DNA of 64,000 nucleotides, taken from the human T2T-CHM13v2.0 reference genome, Homo sapiens. The stretch lies in assembly GCF_009914755.1 (NCBI RefSeq), contig NC_060934.1. The stretch is one strand, 5' to 3'. Of the stretch, positions 1 through 15,075 are shown piece after piece. Below the pieces are notes generated by a model that worked only from the letters and a program-made list of their open reading frames with translations, had not been told where the DNA came from and made no database searches. Positions within the stretch are counted from its first letter, which is position 1, and each line of letters begins with the position of its first letter. The position numbers and the translations under genes were made by a program.

Positions 1-769
1 GTGTATGTGTCTAGTGGGGACAAGGGCAGAATTGGAGACTTTTAGGAGGCATAAAGTCCAAAGAAGTTTGAATTGTTATTTTCTTGGTTTCTTCCTGAGG
101 TGCTAAATTTTAACACAGCACTACTTGCTCCTTAATTAATGATTAAGCAAATTCAATTCATGATTTAACTTAATTAAACAACTAATGAATTTGTGTATGC
201 AGGAATCATTACTGTGGTGTCTGAGGCAGGCCTCTAGGGCATGGTTAGCTCAGCGCTGCACAACTTGGTAAACAGGACCCGGAGCCGTGCACAAGCATCC
301 CTGCTTTAAACACCACACCTTTTATTTATGAAGATAACAGTTTGGGTACCTTTCCTAAGGAATGTATGTGCTGAAATGTACTCCCAATAGTGACCATCAG
401 TTTTTTTTTTTTTTAAAGCTATTTAGGCCCATCCTAGAAATGCTCAAGACAACTCACTTTAGAAGGACAAAGCATAATCTTGTTATATTTTTAGATACTC
501 TCATTTCACCTTGAAAGTACACTCACATCGCATACATCCAGCTTAAAGGCCTCTCTGTGAAATAGCAAATTTGAAATGAAATAGAGCTTTCATTACTTTT
601 CAAGTGGAGGCCTCTACCTTGGGGTAACTAAATGCTTTTCTCTCTCCAGTGTGGAGGTGCTATTTTGGAACAAATGGAAGAAATAGAAGAAGAAAGGCAA
701 CAGATATGCATGGAAACTTAAGATCTGTCCAGTGTGTTTGATCCGTTAGCTTATTTGAGATAGTTTCAT

Positions 770-890
770 TTTGATTTTCAAGGAGAAAACCTGGGCTTAG
801 TGAGACGAAGCATCTTGCCCAAGGTCACTCAGCGTCCACGTAGCGTGGCTGGACTCGCTCCCCATGTCTGTCTGAAACTGTGCTACACTA
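770..890 (-). mobile_element. MIR SINE fragment
   Basis: Contains cttgcccaaggtcactcagc, the reverse complement of the MIR core; diverged, boundaries approximate. Confidence 0.6.
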
Positions 891-2358
891 TCCATTTAAA
901 CAGCATTCAGTATGTGCTTAATTGATAGCTTTGGGATCTAATGTACTTCACAACATCTTGTTTTCTAAGGTAGGCAAACATTTCCCTTGAAATCTCATGG
1001 ACACTATTAATTTACTTAGCAAATCATTTTCTCTCTGGCTAGTGCCAAGGAAAACTGCAGTGATCCCCTGTCTTAATGATCGCTCACTTCAAATTAGTGA
1101 AGTCCCATCTAACGAGGTTATGCCACAGATTATACAAAAGACATAGAGGCTTCATAACTGGGTTATTCTTGTAGTGCGGGCCTAGATTTAGAATAAAATG
1201 TTGATGAGAAAAAGCAAAGGGGTAGTGGCGATGTCTATTTGGGAAAAGAAAAGCTGTAAGTTGTACTCTTGTCTTTCTTTTTTAATTTGAGGGATATATT
1301 TAAAAGACTAAAATGGATACTTCATGTCATTTTCTGTATATCTATATTTTGGAGACTGAGTTGTCTCAATTTATTACTGTTTGCATTCTGTGTAGACAAG
1401 TCATAGATTTTCTGATTTGGTCTTCCTGCCAATTCTAGCCTTTCTGTACAAGAAACTAGCTCGGTGGGAGTAAATGGATTAAAATGAGCTAGTAGAGGTG
1501 TTTTAGCAAACTCCTGAGTCTATATTTATTGATTACTCCTGGACTCTTCTAAACTGTGCCTTTTCCCTAAACAGACTCAGGGCAAAAGCAATGTGAAATA
1601 CATTAGTCAACAGCTGCTGCATTCACAGAACACAGAATCTGGGAATTAGAGATCCTTTTAGGGTACGCAAATGGCAGAGGACGCATTTGTGTACAAAAAG
1701 TCCACAAATGCTGGCATCCTTAGCTCCTGGTAAGACCCTATTCACCAGCCTGGACGTTTCCCAAGAGGAGACGCTCCTGGACTTGAGCTTCCAAAAAGTG
1801 ACGTCGTAGGGGGTGGATTCAATCTCGCCATAAGAAGATAGGGCTGAGGTCAGAATGGAAATAGAGCAAAGTTCCTATTCCTTTTCTCTCCTCAATCTCT
1901 AAACTGCCTCCCAGGAGAAAAGGCAAATATTAGGTTCCCTGAAGTGACTTAATTCTCAGTCAAGATAAGCAAGAAATTCTAACGCACATTGATTTGTCCT
2001 AGTTCTTCAGTTTGGGAATCCTTTTGTCTTTTATTCAAATGCAGAATCCTTATAATTTGTTATTATTTAACCATTTCTTGATGAGCACCTAGAAATAAAC
2101 TTCTCTTCGGTCTTAGGGCCAGAAAAATCTGTAACTCTGGGTAACAACTGATTTGTTTTGGTTTCATGTACACCATGACTCTGGCATCTGATCACATTAT
2201 CTTAGCAACTATCATCTGGGACCTATCGCCTATTTTCCTACCCTTATTTCACTTCCATGCAAATGTCTATCTTCTGTATTTTTAAATATTTTATTATAAT
2301 GGCAGGCCCACTGAGAAAAGAAACCTCAGACTATGCAAATATAAATTTGTGTTTAGTA

Positions 2359-2650
2359 GGACATGTGCAGTGGCTCATGCCTGTAATCCCAGCACTTTGG
2401 GAGGCTGAGGCGGGCAGATCACGAGGTCAGGAGATTGAGACCATCCTGGCTAACACGGTGAAACCCCATCTCTACTAAAAATACAAAAAATTAGCCGGGC
2501 ATGGTGGCAGGCGCCTGTAGTCCCAGCTACTCGGGAGGCTGAGGCAGGAGAATCGCTTGAACCCGGGAGCAGAGGTTGCAGTGAGCTGAGATCACGCCAC
2601 TGCCCTCCAGCCTGGGTGACAGAGTGAGACTCTGTCTGAAAAAAAAAAAA
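2359..2650 (+). mobile_element. Full-length Alu (AluSc8/AluY-like)
   Basis: Dimeric Alu with gatcacgaggtcaggagat and ggctaacacggtg in the left arm, S-type right arm, A12 tail, and TSD ttgtgtttagta on both sides. Confidence 0.97.
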
Positions 2651-2989
2651 TTGTGTTTAGTAAGGTGACTCAACTCAATTCCTCTTTGTATGAGTAAGGT
2701 TTACAAATATAAACACATATACACATAGAAACATATAAAATGCCTGAACTTTTCCCTTGGGTCTTTTGCTCCATAAATGGAACATATTGTGAGTGTGCTT
2801 GATGACTCTTTCCTCTGAAAATTCATAATCATTTCTTTTTGGCTTCTAGATGAAGATCTCTGCAGGCTTCATACCAAGAGAACCCTTTTCTTTGCTGTTC
2901 TCGACCTTGTCCTACTGTATTGCATTAGGATTTCCATAGGATGTCTGATTGACCGGATACATATCATAATAACAGTGGCTATAATTGCT

Positions 2990-3160
2990 AACACTCACCA
3001 CTCACAATATGCTTTACTAACAGGTGGTTAACTCTTCCTCATAGCATTCTGCAACATGATTTAGACATTATATACAAATGCAAAATAAACGTTTAGAGAG
3101 GTCAGGTAACTCGCACAAGGCCACCCTTAGAAGTTGTGGTACAGGGTTTCAAACTCTTCA
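2990..3160 (-). mobile_element. MIR SINE fragment
   Basis: ttagagaggtcaggtaactcgcacaaggccac matches the antisense MIR core. Confidence 0.55.
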
Positions 3161-3288
3161 TGTCATGGTGAAAGCTCTCCCATACGCATTTTCTTTCTAT
3201 GAAAACACTCAACTTACCCTTTTAATAGGAACCCTTATTTTTCAAGTCCCTGTTCTGAAATTTTCAAGACATATCAATACTATGACTA

Positions 3289-3436
3289 AAGAGCAATGCA
3301 ATCTGAGCATCTGTTCAGGTTGCACACTGCACAACTTTAAGTGTCATTCACATAGACTACAATGTGACCACAATGTGAATGGTACCCCCTAGAGTTGTGC
3401 TGTACCTAACCTATGCAACCATTCATGGGTGCTCTG
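3289..3436. mobile_element. MER91-like palindromic hAT-Tip100 MITE
   Basis: Imperfect inverted arms ggttgcacactgcacaact / agttgtgctgtacctaacc around cattcacatagactacaatgtg...aatgg, matching the recalled MER91A consensus; small internal acaatgtg duplication. Confidence 0.75.
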
Positions 3437-3884
3437 GGAGAAGACAGGCTCTCTCAGAGGTTCCCTTCTAACCTTAAATGGGATACACGTATCTTTCATA
3501 TCTGAGACTCTCTAAGTAATTTGAAACATGGTTCAGAAATGTCCACTTATGATTCTTTTCTTCCCCTTTGATTTTCCTTATAAAACTAAATGAAATACAA
3601 AGAGCTGAGAAAAAGTCCTAAATATAAAATGGTGTCATTGTTGTGCTCTGAGAGCATACAGCAAATCCAGAATTGGGTAATTCTGCTTTCATTCATTCCA
3701 ATAAACTCCTAGAAGAATGCCTGATACCTCCTCTGCTAAGGAAACCTTCCAGGGCAAATTGCCTCATCTCCTCCACTGACTTTATGTTTATCCCAGATGG
3801 AGATGCTGGGGACCCCATGTCATCATCCCTCAGTGGCCATGCCAAGAAATGCTTTCTGTAATCGCTGGAATGATCTTCTGCTAC

Positions 3885-4192
3885 TTTTTTTTGTTTTTTG
3901 TTTTTTGTTTGGAGATGGAGTCTCGCTCTTTCGCCCAGGCTGGAGTGCAGTGGTGCTATCTCGTCTCACCGCAAGCTCCGCCTCCTGGGTTCACGCCATT
4001 CTTCTGCCTCAGCCTCTCGAGTAGCTGGGACTGCAGGCGCCCACCACTGCTCCCAGCTAATTTTTTGTATTTTTAGTAGAGACGGGGTTTCACCGTGTTA
4101 GCCAGGATGGTCTCGATCTCCTGACCTCGTGATCCGCCCACCTCGGCCTCCCAAAGCGCTGGGACTACAGCTGTAAGTCACCATGCCCGGCC
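3885..4192 (-). mobile_element. AluY
   Basis: Y diagnostics gcaagctccgcctcc, ttcacgccattc, ccgtgttagccaggatggtctcgatc; TSD tgctac(t/c)tttt. Confidence 0.97.
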
Positions 4193-6853
4193 TGCTACCT
4201 TTTCTTGAGCACAGTTGCAGGGACATTTCCATAGCTTCTTTATTTTCTATATTGAGAAAGAGAAAAGGCAACTTAGAGCTATATCCAAGAAGAGGTATCT
4301 CAGTGATCTCTGGTTAGCAGAATATATTTCATATCCCCAGTACAAACACATGTTGGTCACAGAGTAACTAACTCGTGTAATCTTGGAGTGTCTTCTAAAC
4401 TCTTCCATGCTTATTAACCCCAGAACGCATGCCTATTATTCATATGATCAGAAAGCATTTTATAGTCCACATCTAAGCCATCTGTCTTTATGATGCTTCC
4501 CTGCCCATAACAAGCTGATAATACAAACCAGAACCACACCACAATAAAACATGCAAAGGCAAGTAGCAATTTAGCGGCAGATATTGGTATTACGCATAGG
4601 TCTGCAATGAGTAGATTTTAAGTGTCAGGATTTTAAAGTACATATATAATTGGCATGGATCTTAGAGAGAGTGGTCATTATAATTTCATGTTTAGGCAGG
4701 AAATTTGATGATGTTAGCAGCTTTTTCCTTCTGGATCTAGAAAGGTTTTGGGGTAGGGATAAGAGAAATAGACTCGAATTGATTAAAGGAGAGTCTAGTT
4801 TCAGAGAATGTAGAAGTGGTAGCAGAATGACACAGACACTGATAACGGCAATATAAAGTTGGAGACAGGGTTTTCAACTGTTTCCTCATGGGAAAATTGA
4901 GACACCTGCCTCACTGTGTTATGGAAGGGCTGAGATGCGGGAAAGTTCGTGAATCCCTGATGTGAGACATTTCCAGGAAGAACAACATACTTTTCCATAA
5001 GATGCATAGCTGAACTTCTTTGCTTCCTGGAATCTTGAATAAAATATTTCAATAAGGTGCTCCTGGGGGCCTAAAGATGACCAGAAGTTGTTGCTAACAA
5101 TTAGTGGATATGAAAAAATTGAATGAAAACTACATTTATTTTCCTTGGCAATTTACAAAAGCGTAAGTGCATATTGCACTGTGTGGCGGGGGGAGCTATT
5201 ATCTATTTTAACTTCTGTTTCATTAAGAAACTGGTTTAAATGATGTTTTAAGAGAAAAAGAAAGGAAAGAAAAACTTCTTAGCAGGACATGGTGAAGAAT
5301 GGCCTCTTTTCTGGTCAGCTTTTCTGCTCCCTCCATGCAGACCGAGTTCTGCTGATCCCTTTTGTGTCACTCTTGCTGCTCTTGGTCTTTGCTCACCTGG
5401 GCTTGGGTACCACATGCTCACATCAAAGTTCCCACTCTCAGCCTATATACGCAAAGGGAATCTCACACATAATCATCGTCATTTGTATTTTTAAGTAGGT
5501 TTCCTTCCTCCAATATGCTCTGCAAAACACCACCTGCCGCTAAGCACTTGTTTCAGGGACAGCCTCGTTGTGTGCTGCACAACGCCATGACCTGCCGTCT
5601 CCTCTGCTGCTCTGAACATTTTGTGTCCTGAATCCCTTTTGGACTAAAAATAGGCCATGGCCATTCTGTGCATATTTATGTAACAAGAGCTTACTTGGAT
5701 TCTCATTTAAGTCCTGCAACACTCTTGATGAAATAGCCCTGCTATTATCATCCGCACCTGCAGATGGGGTCGATGAGAGAGAGAGAGAACAGAGTGGCAG
5801 GTGCAAGGCAGGGCTGGACTTAGACCCAGGTGATCCAAGCACAAATCTTGATTTATTTTTGGTCACATTATCTTAATCATTGAGTTGGCTTCTGTACTGC
5901 GGCCATGGAAAGGGCCAATTCTAGAACTGTATGTGAGACAAATAACATCCTTAATAAGATGTGGATTGAAAGTGGATTCTTCATTTGGAACAAACGTGGG
6001 TGCCAAGATCTTCCCTTGAAACTCTCAAGCCTTTTGCCTATTAACCTCTTCACAAGGCCCAGTATCGTGTATGCCACAGAAGTACTTAGCACAAGGCCCA
6101 GCACTCAGAACATTAAACAAGCATTCCCTTTCTCTTTGCTGTCTTTTTGCAGGCAGGGGTAATGCTATGTTCTGTGTGATACATATCTATGCACCTTATT
6201 TTTTTCTGGGGCTTTTGACTTATTTCAGGTGTCTGATTAATCTTCACAGAAGTGATGATGATGACAATGAGCATGATGATGACGATGACCTTGATGGTGT
6301 TGCTGCTAATCTTTTCTGCATAGCCCTGTGAGAGATCAGACTGTCATCTAAGGTACATGGCATGACAACATGCGTGAAATGTTTCATGGTTTGCATGGGC
6401 TGCTGACTACCACAGCTGCCTGCGCCCTCTGGCAGTCCAGCACAATGAGATGACAGTGAGGCATCTGTTCCCATGAACTTGTAAATGCCAAGGTTGGTGC
6501 CTAACACGGGTGCCTCTGAAGCTCAGTTTCATACTCGTGTCAGAGGACAGCATCAAACAGTCAGGCCAGGCAACAAATATTTTGCAAGAAGAACGTGTAT
6601 TCCTGGGAGAGCTGAGAGAGCATTAGATAGAGCTCCTTTCCCCTTGCCAAGCAGCCGTCATATTCATGAACGTGTTCAGAGAAGATGACGTCTTGATGGG
6701 CTCAGCTCAGAATGAGCAAACCAGGCTGAGAATACACATATATTTTTAAGCTCACAATCAAACTCACCTTAACCCTGAGTTTTAAGGAATCAAATATAAC
6801 AGAGAAAATCTGCATCCATGCCATATGATAAAACTATGGAACTGAGGGAGGTT

Positions 6854-6890
6854 GTGTGTATATATATATATACATACATATATATATATA
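6854..6890. repeat. (TG)/(TA)n microsatellite
   Basis: gtgtgtatatatatatatacatacatatatatatata. Confidence 0.9.
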
Positions 6891-7229
6891 ATTCTGTAAT
6901 TCAACCACATTCTAGTGTCGGCTCCTTATGCTATCTGTACTTTCATTTATTAAAAGGAGGACAGTTTCAGAAATTGTCGGTGTCAGAAGCTGTAGGTGCA
7001 GTGACAACAGCAAGCAGATAAGGCAACCTTGTTTTCTCAGGAGAACTCCATGTTTCCCCAAACTGAGTGGGGCAAAGGATCCTCTGACAAGTTTTGCACC
7101 CCATTTTCAATGTGGCCCCCATACTCTGCAGAAATAAGTTGTTGTAGAAGCAATTTGAAATCTCCCATTTAACCTCCGTAGGTGTTCAGACATGATTCAC
7201 CTCAATGTGACAGTCTAGGGTAAAATTAA

Positions 7230-7570
<341 letters not shown>

Positions 7571-8376
7571 AAAACTATGAATTTTAAAATGAGTAGGAAA
7601 ATCTGCATGTTGCTATTACAATGGTTTATATTAGTAAACTAGATGATGAAGAACCAGGGAAAGTCTACACTACACAGTATTCATAACATTCACTTAATAA
7701 TCACTCAGTACTTTAATACAGAAAATGCATATTGTTTTCTGAAATATGGTTCGGAGCTTCTCTGACAACTTCAAATCCTACTTTCTAAGTACCAGTTTTG
7801 GTGATGCAGTTTCTTTTCTAAGGACACAGCAAAAGACTCAAACCTAACACTGCTTTTACCAGTAGAAGAAAAGGAAATGCAATTTAACCACTCACACAGT
7901 GAAAAATTCAGCAGGGCTTTAAGCTGTGTGCAACGAAATTAACTTGAGACAGTGAAGCCAACTATATTTTGAAAAATTAAAATTTAGCAGCCCAGATAGG
8001 TTTATTTTTTCCTTCTCTTCATCTGATGTAGTTTCTATTAAAAGTTGGAGGACAAATGTTGACAGGCAGGACAGAAGGTGAAATGGAAACAAAAGTGGCT
8101 TGCTGAGGGGTCCTGCGGTGCCTGTCGAGCCTCTCCAGCTGCCGAATCACTGGACATGCTCGAGGACACTCACTTATTAGGCTCGCCAGGACCCTCTGAG
8201 TGAGGACAAAAAACATGCTCTTCATTTTATATTAGAAAAATGGTGAGAGTTCAACTGACCCATAAGGTCTTATAAAAAACAATAAACAAAGGTACATCCT
8301 TTCTTGGTCTGAATTCCACAAATTAGAAGTCAGTGAGGATTTGGTGCTCATTGCCATCCTCCTGTTATGCTAGTAC

Positions 8377-8417
8377 GTTCTGTTCTGTTCTATTCTATTC
8401 TATTCTATTCTATTCTA
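8377..8417. repeat. (TTCTG/TTCTA)n pentanucleotide repeat
   Basis: gttctgttctgttctattctattc... directly abutting an Alu tail. Confidence 0.9.
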
Positions 8418-8418
8418 G

Positions 8419-9067
<649 letters not shown>

Positions 9068-9274
9068 ATTAGCTTTTACTTTGGTAAAGAATATTCTTTC
9101 TCTTTTTTTAGTTAGGACAAAACCTCTGATTTAAAAGCAAACTTCCCAGTTTTTTTTTTTTTTTTTAGAGATACAGGATAAATAGCTAGAAAACTTTGAT
9201 GCCTGCTTTTCATAACCCTGATCATTTTAATGCAGTTATTTGTTTTAATTTCCAAGCAGCACATAGGAGGTAAT

Positions 9275-9425
9275 AGGATGGTGATGAATCCTTTGGGCCT
9301 GGCTTCCGACTGCCTGAGGTCAGATCTTGGCTTCAGATCTTGCTGGCTTGAAGAGCTTGGGCAAGTGAAGACAATATTATACTCACTCCACAACAGTGTT
9401 ATGAGTATGAAAGGTCAATGCATTT
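9275..9425 (+). mobile_element. MIR SINE fragment
   Basis: gactgcctgaggtcagatcttggct...cttgggcaagtga resembles the MIR 5' region and core. Confidence 0.55.
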
Positions 9426-9499
9426 TTTAGACATTTGGTGAGAAAAAAAAAACTGGTCTCATCCTTTAGAATATTTAGGGTCCTGTTTCTTCTTATTCC

Positions 9500-9885
9500 T
9501 TTGCATTAGCAATGATTGGTAGAATAATGTTGGATGGCAACAGTAACAGCAAGCAGAGATAACTTGCCTTTTAAAATTATAATGGGAATATGTATTTTTA
9601 ATATGTCACTTTCAAATATTATGTTAAAAATAGTTTCCTTTTATTCCTAACTTGCAAAGCATTTTCATCACAAATGGGTCCTGAATTTTATCAAATGCTT
9701 TTTCAGCATCAATTGAGAGGATCACATGATTTTTCTCCTTTAACCTGTTAAGCCAATTACCTGATTAACGTTGCATAGTATTTGCAGTACGAGGATAAGC
9801 CTGACTTGGTCATTATTTTAATATACATAATATTTAATTGTTCATAGTTTATTTAGGATTTTAGTATCTACATGCATATGAGAAG
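9500..9885 (-). mobile_element. Old L1 (L1M) ORF2 fragment
   Basis: tgaattttatcaaatgctttttcagcatcaattgagaggatcacatgatttttctcc is the antisense of the L1 RT region encoding [16 protein letters not shown]. Confidence 0.8.
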
Positions 9886-10226
9886 CCTATTAGTTATATC
9901 TAAGACAAGTCAGGCAATAGTAGATCAGTGACAACAATTGGTGATCGCTACACAGAATGGTTAATGTGTAGAAAAGAGAAACAGCCAAAGATTAAGGGAA
10001 GATTTCATGCTCAGAAGATGTGGACTCAATGGCCTATTGTCTAGAGTTAGGAGGGGAATCTCTAGGCACCTTGGGTTTAAAGCACTGTGCTCCTTTCCAC
10101 ATAAATCCTCACGGAAGCCCCTGCGCAGGTTGCTGCAGGCTCCCCCAGAGGTGTTCCAACAGGACTCAGGGCTGGAGAACTTTTCTATCAGGCAGGCAAA
10201 AAACTGTGTTGCTGCTTGGGAATTTA

Positions 10227-10828
<602 letters not shown>

Positions 10829-10981
10829 GTGAGCAAGGACATTGTAAAAGAAAAAATATATATAAACGGACACAGACCAAGTGAACATGAGCTTAGATAC
10901 TGGAACATCGTGGGCTGGGGGCAGGTATGCAAGACCTGCATCTAGAACTGGGGGTGCGAATCCTAGGTTTTTCATTTATTA

Positions 10982-11120
10982 CAGGGGTTTCTAAACTGAA
11001 GTTACAGAACTGGGCTTTCGGAAGTCTACAATTCCAGATATTATATGTAAAGTTTGTGTATCTTTGCATTTTTCTGTGGTCAGACTCTATAGCTTTCATT
11101 TTACAAAAGGAGCATCACTG
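10982..11120. mobile_element. hAT-Charlie non-autonomous DNA transposon (MER103-like) inserted into a MIR
   Basis: Termini cagggg...cactg with 8-bp TSD atttatta/atttacta; MIR (+) sequence on both flanks (about 10930-10975 and 11121-11210). Confidence 0.7.
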
Positions 11121-11446
11121 ATTTACTAACTGTTGGACTTTGGGCATGTTCTCTGACCTTTCGGCTGCCTTTCCTATAAAGTGGAGATAAGAAGCCCTAG
11201 TTACTTCAAAGACTAGATGTGGACACACATGCAGACCCAAATTATAAAAAGTCAGGTGTAAGGATATATGTATGTTATACTGAAAGAGGTGTTTAGAAGA
11301 TAAATGCAGTAGGCAATAAAATCTGAACCATTTAGTTTGAAAACAGGTTTATGAACACATCCAAAAATATTTAGGTAAATGCAGGCATCTAATTGTAGAA
11401 AAGTAGAGTTTTTAAATTTCATTATATATAATATATACACATATTT

Positions 11447-11488
<42 letters not shown>

Positions 11489-11547
11489 CATCTATCTATC
11501 TATCCATCTGTCCACCCATCCATCCATCCATGTATCCATCCATCATC

Positions 11548-11587
<40 letters not shown>
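11447..11587. repeat. Compound (TCTA)n/(TCCA)n tetranucleotide STR
   Basis: Directly visible TCTA blocks flanking TCCA blocks. Confidence 0.97.
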
Positions 11588-11599
11588 ATCTTCCTCGCC

Positions 11600-11600
<1 letters not shown>

Positions 11601-11647
<47 letters not shown>
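11601..11647 (+). repeat. Pure A47 homopolymer
   Basis: 47 uninterrupted A. Confidence 0.97.
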
Positions 11648-11652
<5 letters not shown>

Positions 11653-13224
11653 CCTATATCACCACCACAGAAAGTGTACTGGGTTGGATTTGACCTTACC
11701 TGTCAATCACAATGTTTCTTATGCTAATGCAAACATTCCAGCAAGCGGTCTGGATTTGTTAACAGCAGAAATACACAGATCCTTTCTTTAATGAGTGCAA
11801 CACAGTGCAAAGGCCACTGGAGTTGCAGTGCAGCCATGAAGAAGAGAAAAAGGGACTCTAGATGGGCAGCCTCCTTTGCTTTGTGTCCCTCACACTCTTG
11901 ACTATGTTCTCCCTTTGACGCGGGTGAACTGGTTGCTTGGGGCTCTTTTCACTCAGAACCCCACATTTGGAAGGGTCAGCTTTGTTTCCTTTTTGTCTAA
12001 TTTCTGGGTTTCCCGCTGGAGCATGTGAAAACTAAATCATTCCACCTTGTGATTTTGGAATATCAGATAAGGCAGTCCCCGAGCCATCTGTCATTTGCAC
12101 ATACTGTGTTTCCCAACAGAACTAAATTGCAAAATTCTGAACAATCAAAGAGAATTAGGGTAATGCTAGCAATGTCCACTATTTTTACATTCTTCTTTTG
12201 CAATTCTCTGTATTAAATTTCATTTTACAAAATAGTTAACAATTCAACTCCTCAAATAAAATGTATCACAGAAGTGTTAAAGGATTAGAATCATTTAGGA
12301 CTATTAAGAATCGAAATTTTCTCCTATGTGATTATATCATTGAACAATGGCAAAATGGATACTACCAAAATTCTAAGTGTGGAGAACATGAGGCTTAAAG
12401 GAGAGGAAGTCTCTTATACTAGAAGACAAGTAAATTATAGAGAATTATAAAGAAAAGAATAAGTTGATTTGATATCCAGTCAGTGGAAAGCATTTTAATA
12501 GAAAGTGGTGGGGGCGAGACATAAAGGAGGAATGTAATTAATATTGCATTACTTTAGGGGAGAAACACCTAAACATTTTCCAAAGGAGATCAGTATTGAT
12601 CTTTGTGTGTTTGGGTTGTTTCTGTGTGTGTAGACAGAGAGAGAGAGAGAGAAGTATGGTATTATACTTGTTAAATACAAATATATGTATTTAGTTCAAT
12701 TAATCTTCTATTATTAGTCTCATCTTACAAACATATGTAATAACTTTTCTAAAGGTTTCCCAACATTTCCAAATAGGACCAGCATTTGAAAGTCGAGGTA
12801 CCTGATTCTACATTCTGAAATTTGCTTTTACAAGAATCTTCTGAGTGAAAAATCAGATATCACTCAAATAAAGGGTTTAAATATTAGACCTTCAAGGTGT
12901 CCGACTGATTGCAAATGGAAACTTTGGATTAGAAATCACAGATGAAGCATGATTAATCCTCATTTGTTTTCTTGAAATTGAGCTCTGTCTTCAGGGACTC
13001 AAGTTCCTATGTTCCTTCTTGCTCCTGTTTCCAGATAAGTGGGAAAAGTCAGGAAAGACTTCACTGCTGATATGGTTGTAAAATATATTGAACGAGGCCC
13101 AAGGCAAAAATTGCTAAAAAGTCACTTGATCCATTGGAGTGTCTTCTCATTCAGAAACATTTATTCCAACATGACATGAAACCAGTCAGAATGCTGACAG
13201 CAGTGCTTATGAATTGAGTATTAA

Positions 13225-13425
13225 AAAACGTGTGGTATATGATTCCATTTTAAAAAGATTTATATTAATATCTAAAGAAATTTTCTTGGAAAACGTGTTT
13301 AAAACTATGACAGTGTTAATTTCTGGCTAGTGAGAGTATGAGTGAATTGTTATTTACCCATACTCTGTTAATTTGTATTTTCTTGTTTTCTAAAATTTAA
13401 GTAATGACCTGTAATAAAACTGGAA
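13225..13425 (+). mobile_element. Old L1ME-type 3' UTR fragment
   Basis: tatatgattccatttt...gacagtgttaatttctgg...tgtaataaaa, typical of L1ME 3' ends; diverged. Confidence 0.5.
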
Positions 13426-14510
13426 GTTTTTAAAGGCAATTCAACAAATAAATGTTGCTAGGCCCCGATTTGTGGACACTGAGCTAGGCAAAAGGATATA
13501 TAAAGAGATGCAAGCTAGAGGAGGGGAAAGTTCTGGATGGGGACCTCATTGGCCTCCTCACCTCTGTAGACCCACGTCTTGGGTTGACCCAGGGTAGAAC
13601 CCTATAAGGATTTGTTCAATAAACGAATGCATAGAGACTGATCAACAACTGACAAAGTGGTATTTTACAGATGCCGTGAAAGCAGCATACAAGCCGGAGA
13701 GCCTACTGGAAGCAAGAGGGGAAAACCCAGCCGGGTATGGGGGCTGCGGGGAGGATGCCAGGTGGCGGAGACTGGATTCAGGATTTGATGCTTGAACTGA
13801 ACCTTCTTTTAAGAGGTGAGTGGGCTGGGAGGTTGTGATGCCCAGAGGGTGAGGAAGGAAGTGGGGGAGGAAGAATACAACAGAAGACAAAGCTGATGAG
13901 AACAGCCCGTGCTAACTTGAAGAAGTTAGGGAGAGCAAAATGAGAAGAGAGAGCAGGGGACAGACAAGATTGTAGGACAGTGACACCTCTAGGATCTTAG
14001 GAAAACTCAACTTTGAGCTTTTACAAATACAAAAACTAAGAAACTACTTGTAAAAAAAATTAGGACGCTGACATAAGAAAGTGATGGGTCAGGGCAGAGT
14101 GGGAGAGAATCAAGAGATAGGAGGAAAAGTGGAAAGAAAGGGATGCAGACCAACTGCAGGAAGCGGTATTTCTTCCGGAACTCTCGCTAAATGCTGTTGC
14201 CTTTTGCATAAACATGGCACAAGCCATTTTTGAGGGGGTGGGATTTTGGAGCAGTTTTAATGGACATTTAGTGTGTCTGTCTCTTTTTTTTCCAAAGTAA
14301 ATTATTTTTTCTAAAATAACTATACACATTACCATCATGTCCTTAATAAGAATACACTTGATGAGGACAAAGCAGAAACTTATTAAATAGGTTATATAGT
14401 TATAAAGAAATTTGGTTGCTTTTAAAAAGTCAGCTTATGGATTTAATTTATTTCTCAATAAATTCTTTTAACATCAATCTAAAACACTAATTATTTTTTA
14501 AAAAACAGAC

Positions 14511-14620
14511 AGGAAAAAAGGAAGGAAGGAAAGAAGAGAGGGGGAGAGGGAGGGAGGGAGGGAAAGAAAGAAAATAAAAAAAGCTGAGGGAGAGAGAAGA
14601 AGGAAGGAAGGGAAGGAAAA
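14511..14620. repeat. GA-rich low-complexity tract ((GGAA)n/(GGGA)n)
   Basis: Nearly pure purine run. Confidence 0.85.
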
Positions 14621-14769
14621 AATAAGTTCCTCCAGGTCATGCTATGTGTAGACAGTGGGCCCTACCTATGAGCAAAATCAAGCATCAATACTTCCTAAAG
14701 AATTTTTTCTCAACAAGCATTATTTATGTCTGAGAGCTTTATCCATCATTTTCACTCATAGAGGAATAA

Positions 14770-15075
<306 letters not shown>

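Noticed and set aside
6071-6507. Asp-rich and Ser-rich ORFs
   Set aside because: Produced by a short degenerate (GAT)n tract at about 6253-6295; no supporting gene structure.
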